Under the pieces are notes generated by a model, which ran no database searches, was not told the origin of the DNA, and saw only the letters and a program-made list of their open reading frames with translations. Shown piece by piece: positions 62,898 through 64,000 of a stretch of 64,000 bases of DNA (within the stretch, counting starts at the first letter, position 1; every line of letters starts with the position of its first letter). The DNA comes from Setoptus koraiensis (lineage: Eukaryota; Animalia; Arthropoda). The stretch covers positions 18,848,001 to 18,912,000 of the forward strand of contig CM106586.1 in NCBI GenBank assembly GCA_048013815.1, read 5' to 3'. Both the position numbers and the translations under genes were made by a program.

Positions 62898-64000
62898 AAC
62901 AGTGCAAAATATCCGGCACATCAACGGCCACACACGATACTAACTATCTGTTGTTTGCTCGCGGACTATATTAATAACAAATGATGGACATGATCGCGGT
63001 CATTTGTTGTTTGCGCTATGTTAATGGGCGCCCATCAATTTGGGCCCGCGGCTCGCGCGCGCCGCGCAATTCGGCCCGTTTCCATCTTTGGATGGGCAGA
63101 AAAACGAGCGCTTATTAATCAATATCTCCAATGATGCAGTTATCATCAACTAATGATCATTGATGTCCAGCAGCAGCAGCAATTACTGCTTGTTGCCGCT
63201 TGTTTGCCGGCCTCTCCCGCTCGCTGTGTGCCCGCCGCTCCGTGCCGCCGCTCCGTGCCCGCCGCTCTGTCCCGTGCCGGGCCACGCGGTGGCCGGACAG
63301 TGGACGCTCGCGGCGTGCACGTGCAGTTACAGTCTCTGCGAGTGTTACAATCTCAGCGAGTGTTGCAGTCTCAGCGGCGCGGGGCCCCCAAGAGCGCCCA
63401 TGCAAATGTCAAATGTGGCCCGTCAAAGTGGGCGCCGGCGAGCGGCCAGCGAAAGTCGCAACGATGCCCACAACGAGCGCAACGAGCGCAAAGAGCGCGC
63501 CACAGATACAACCGGCGGCCAACGAGCGAGCCAGTTGGCGAGCTCACTGAAGCATGCAAATTAATCGATTATATCGAGCCAATGCACATTGTTGGCAATG
63601 ATGATTAGTGGGCCGGGCCGGCCCGGCGAGCCGCTGCATCCGCTGCGGCTGGTTGTTTGCGCTCGCTTGTCACACAAACAACAAAATGATTATCTGCTGA
63701 TTATAGCGCTGATTGCGCACTGATTTAATCGGTCCCCTTTAGCCAGCCGCATGCTTAATGGCTGCATGTTCGCATACCCGCACGCACAATTGGCGATTGG
63801 CGGTGATGCCACCGACAACGACAAAATCTAAATAATTCGGCCCCAGTGGCGGCCGGCGGGGCCAGTGGGGCCACTAAGGTCGCCCGATCGGCCCATTCAA
63901 ATGTGTCTCTGCGGACAATGTCCAGTTGCAACAACAACAACAACAACAACAACAACGGGCCAGTTAGCAGTTACAACATGCCAGTTGTAGCCACCAGCTC

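Noticed and set aside
1-64000. tRNA, rRNA or autonomous transposon (transposase, reverse transcriptase) genes
   Set aside because: None recognised by eye; tRNAscan-SE, Infernal and Dfam searches would be needed to exclude them.

Overview
Eukaryotic (animal, probably arthropod) genomic DNA, not prokaryotic. The lineage is inferred only from the nubbin-like POU sequence, 90-115 bp introns and dense CAA/TTG microsatellites; a mite-like compact genome is a guess. Most short ORFs in the supplied track are microsatellite or antisense artefacts. The window holds two minus-strand copies of a class II POU-homeodomain gene (nubbin/pdm, Oct-1/2 family) about 26.2 kb apart. Copy B (50321-55399) can be assembled from five phase-compatible exons. 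Copy A (24087-27531) lies in a ~5.3 kb duplicate whose 5' breakpoint falls inside an intron of copy B, so it lacks recognisable homologues of the first two exons. Immediately upstream of copy A is a third, inverted, decayed copy of the gene's 3' end (28631-29168). The two paralogues are a mosaic of identical and diverged tracts. Both have a 40-codon open extension behind the TAG, which reads CAA in the inverted fragment. Both keep an octamer (ATGCAAAT) and a GCGCATGCGC palindrome in the shared non-coding block. An orphan multi-pass membrane ORF (47390-48511, +) lies between the copies. The rest is gene-poor DNA with many unrelated 10-36 bp minisatellites and at least 21 octamer sites.
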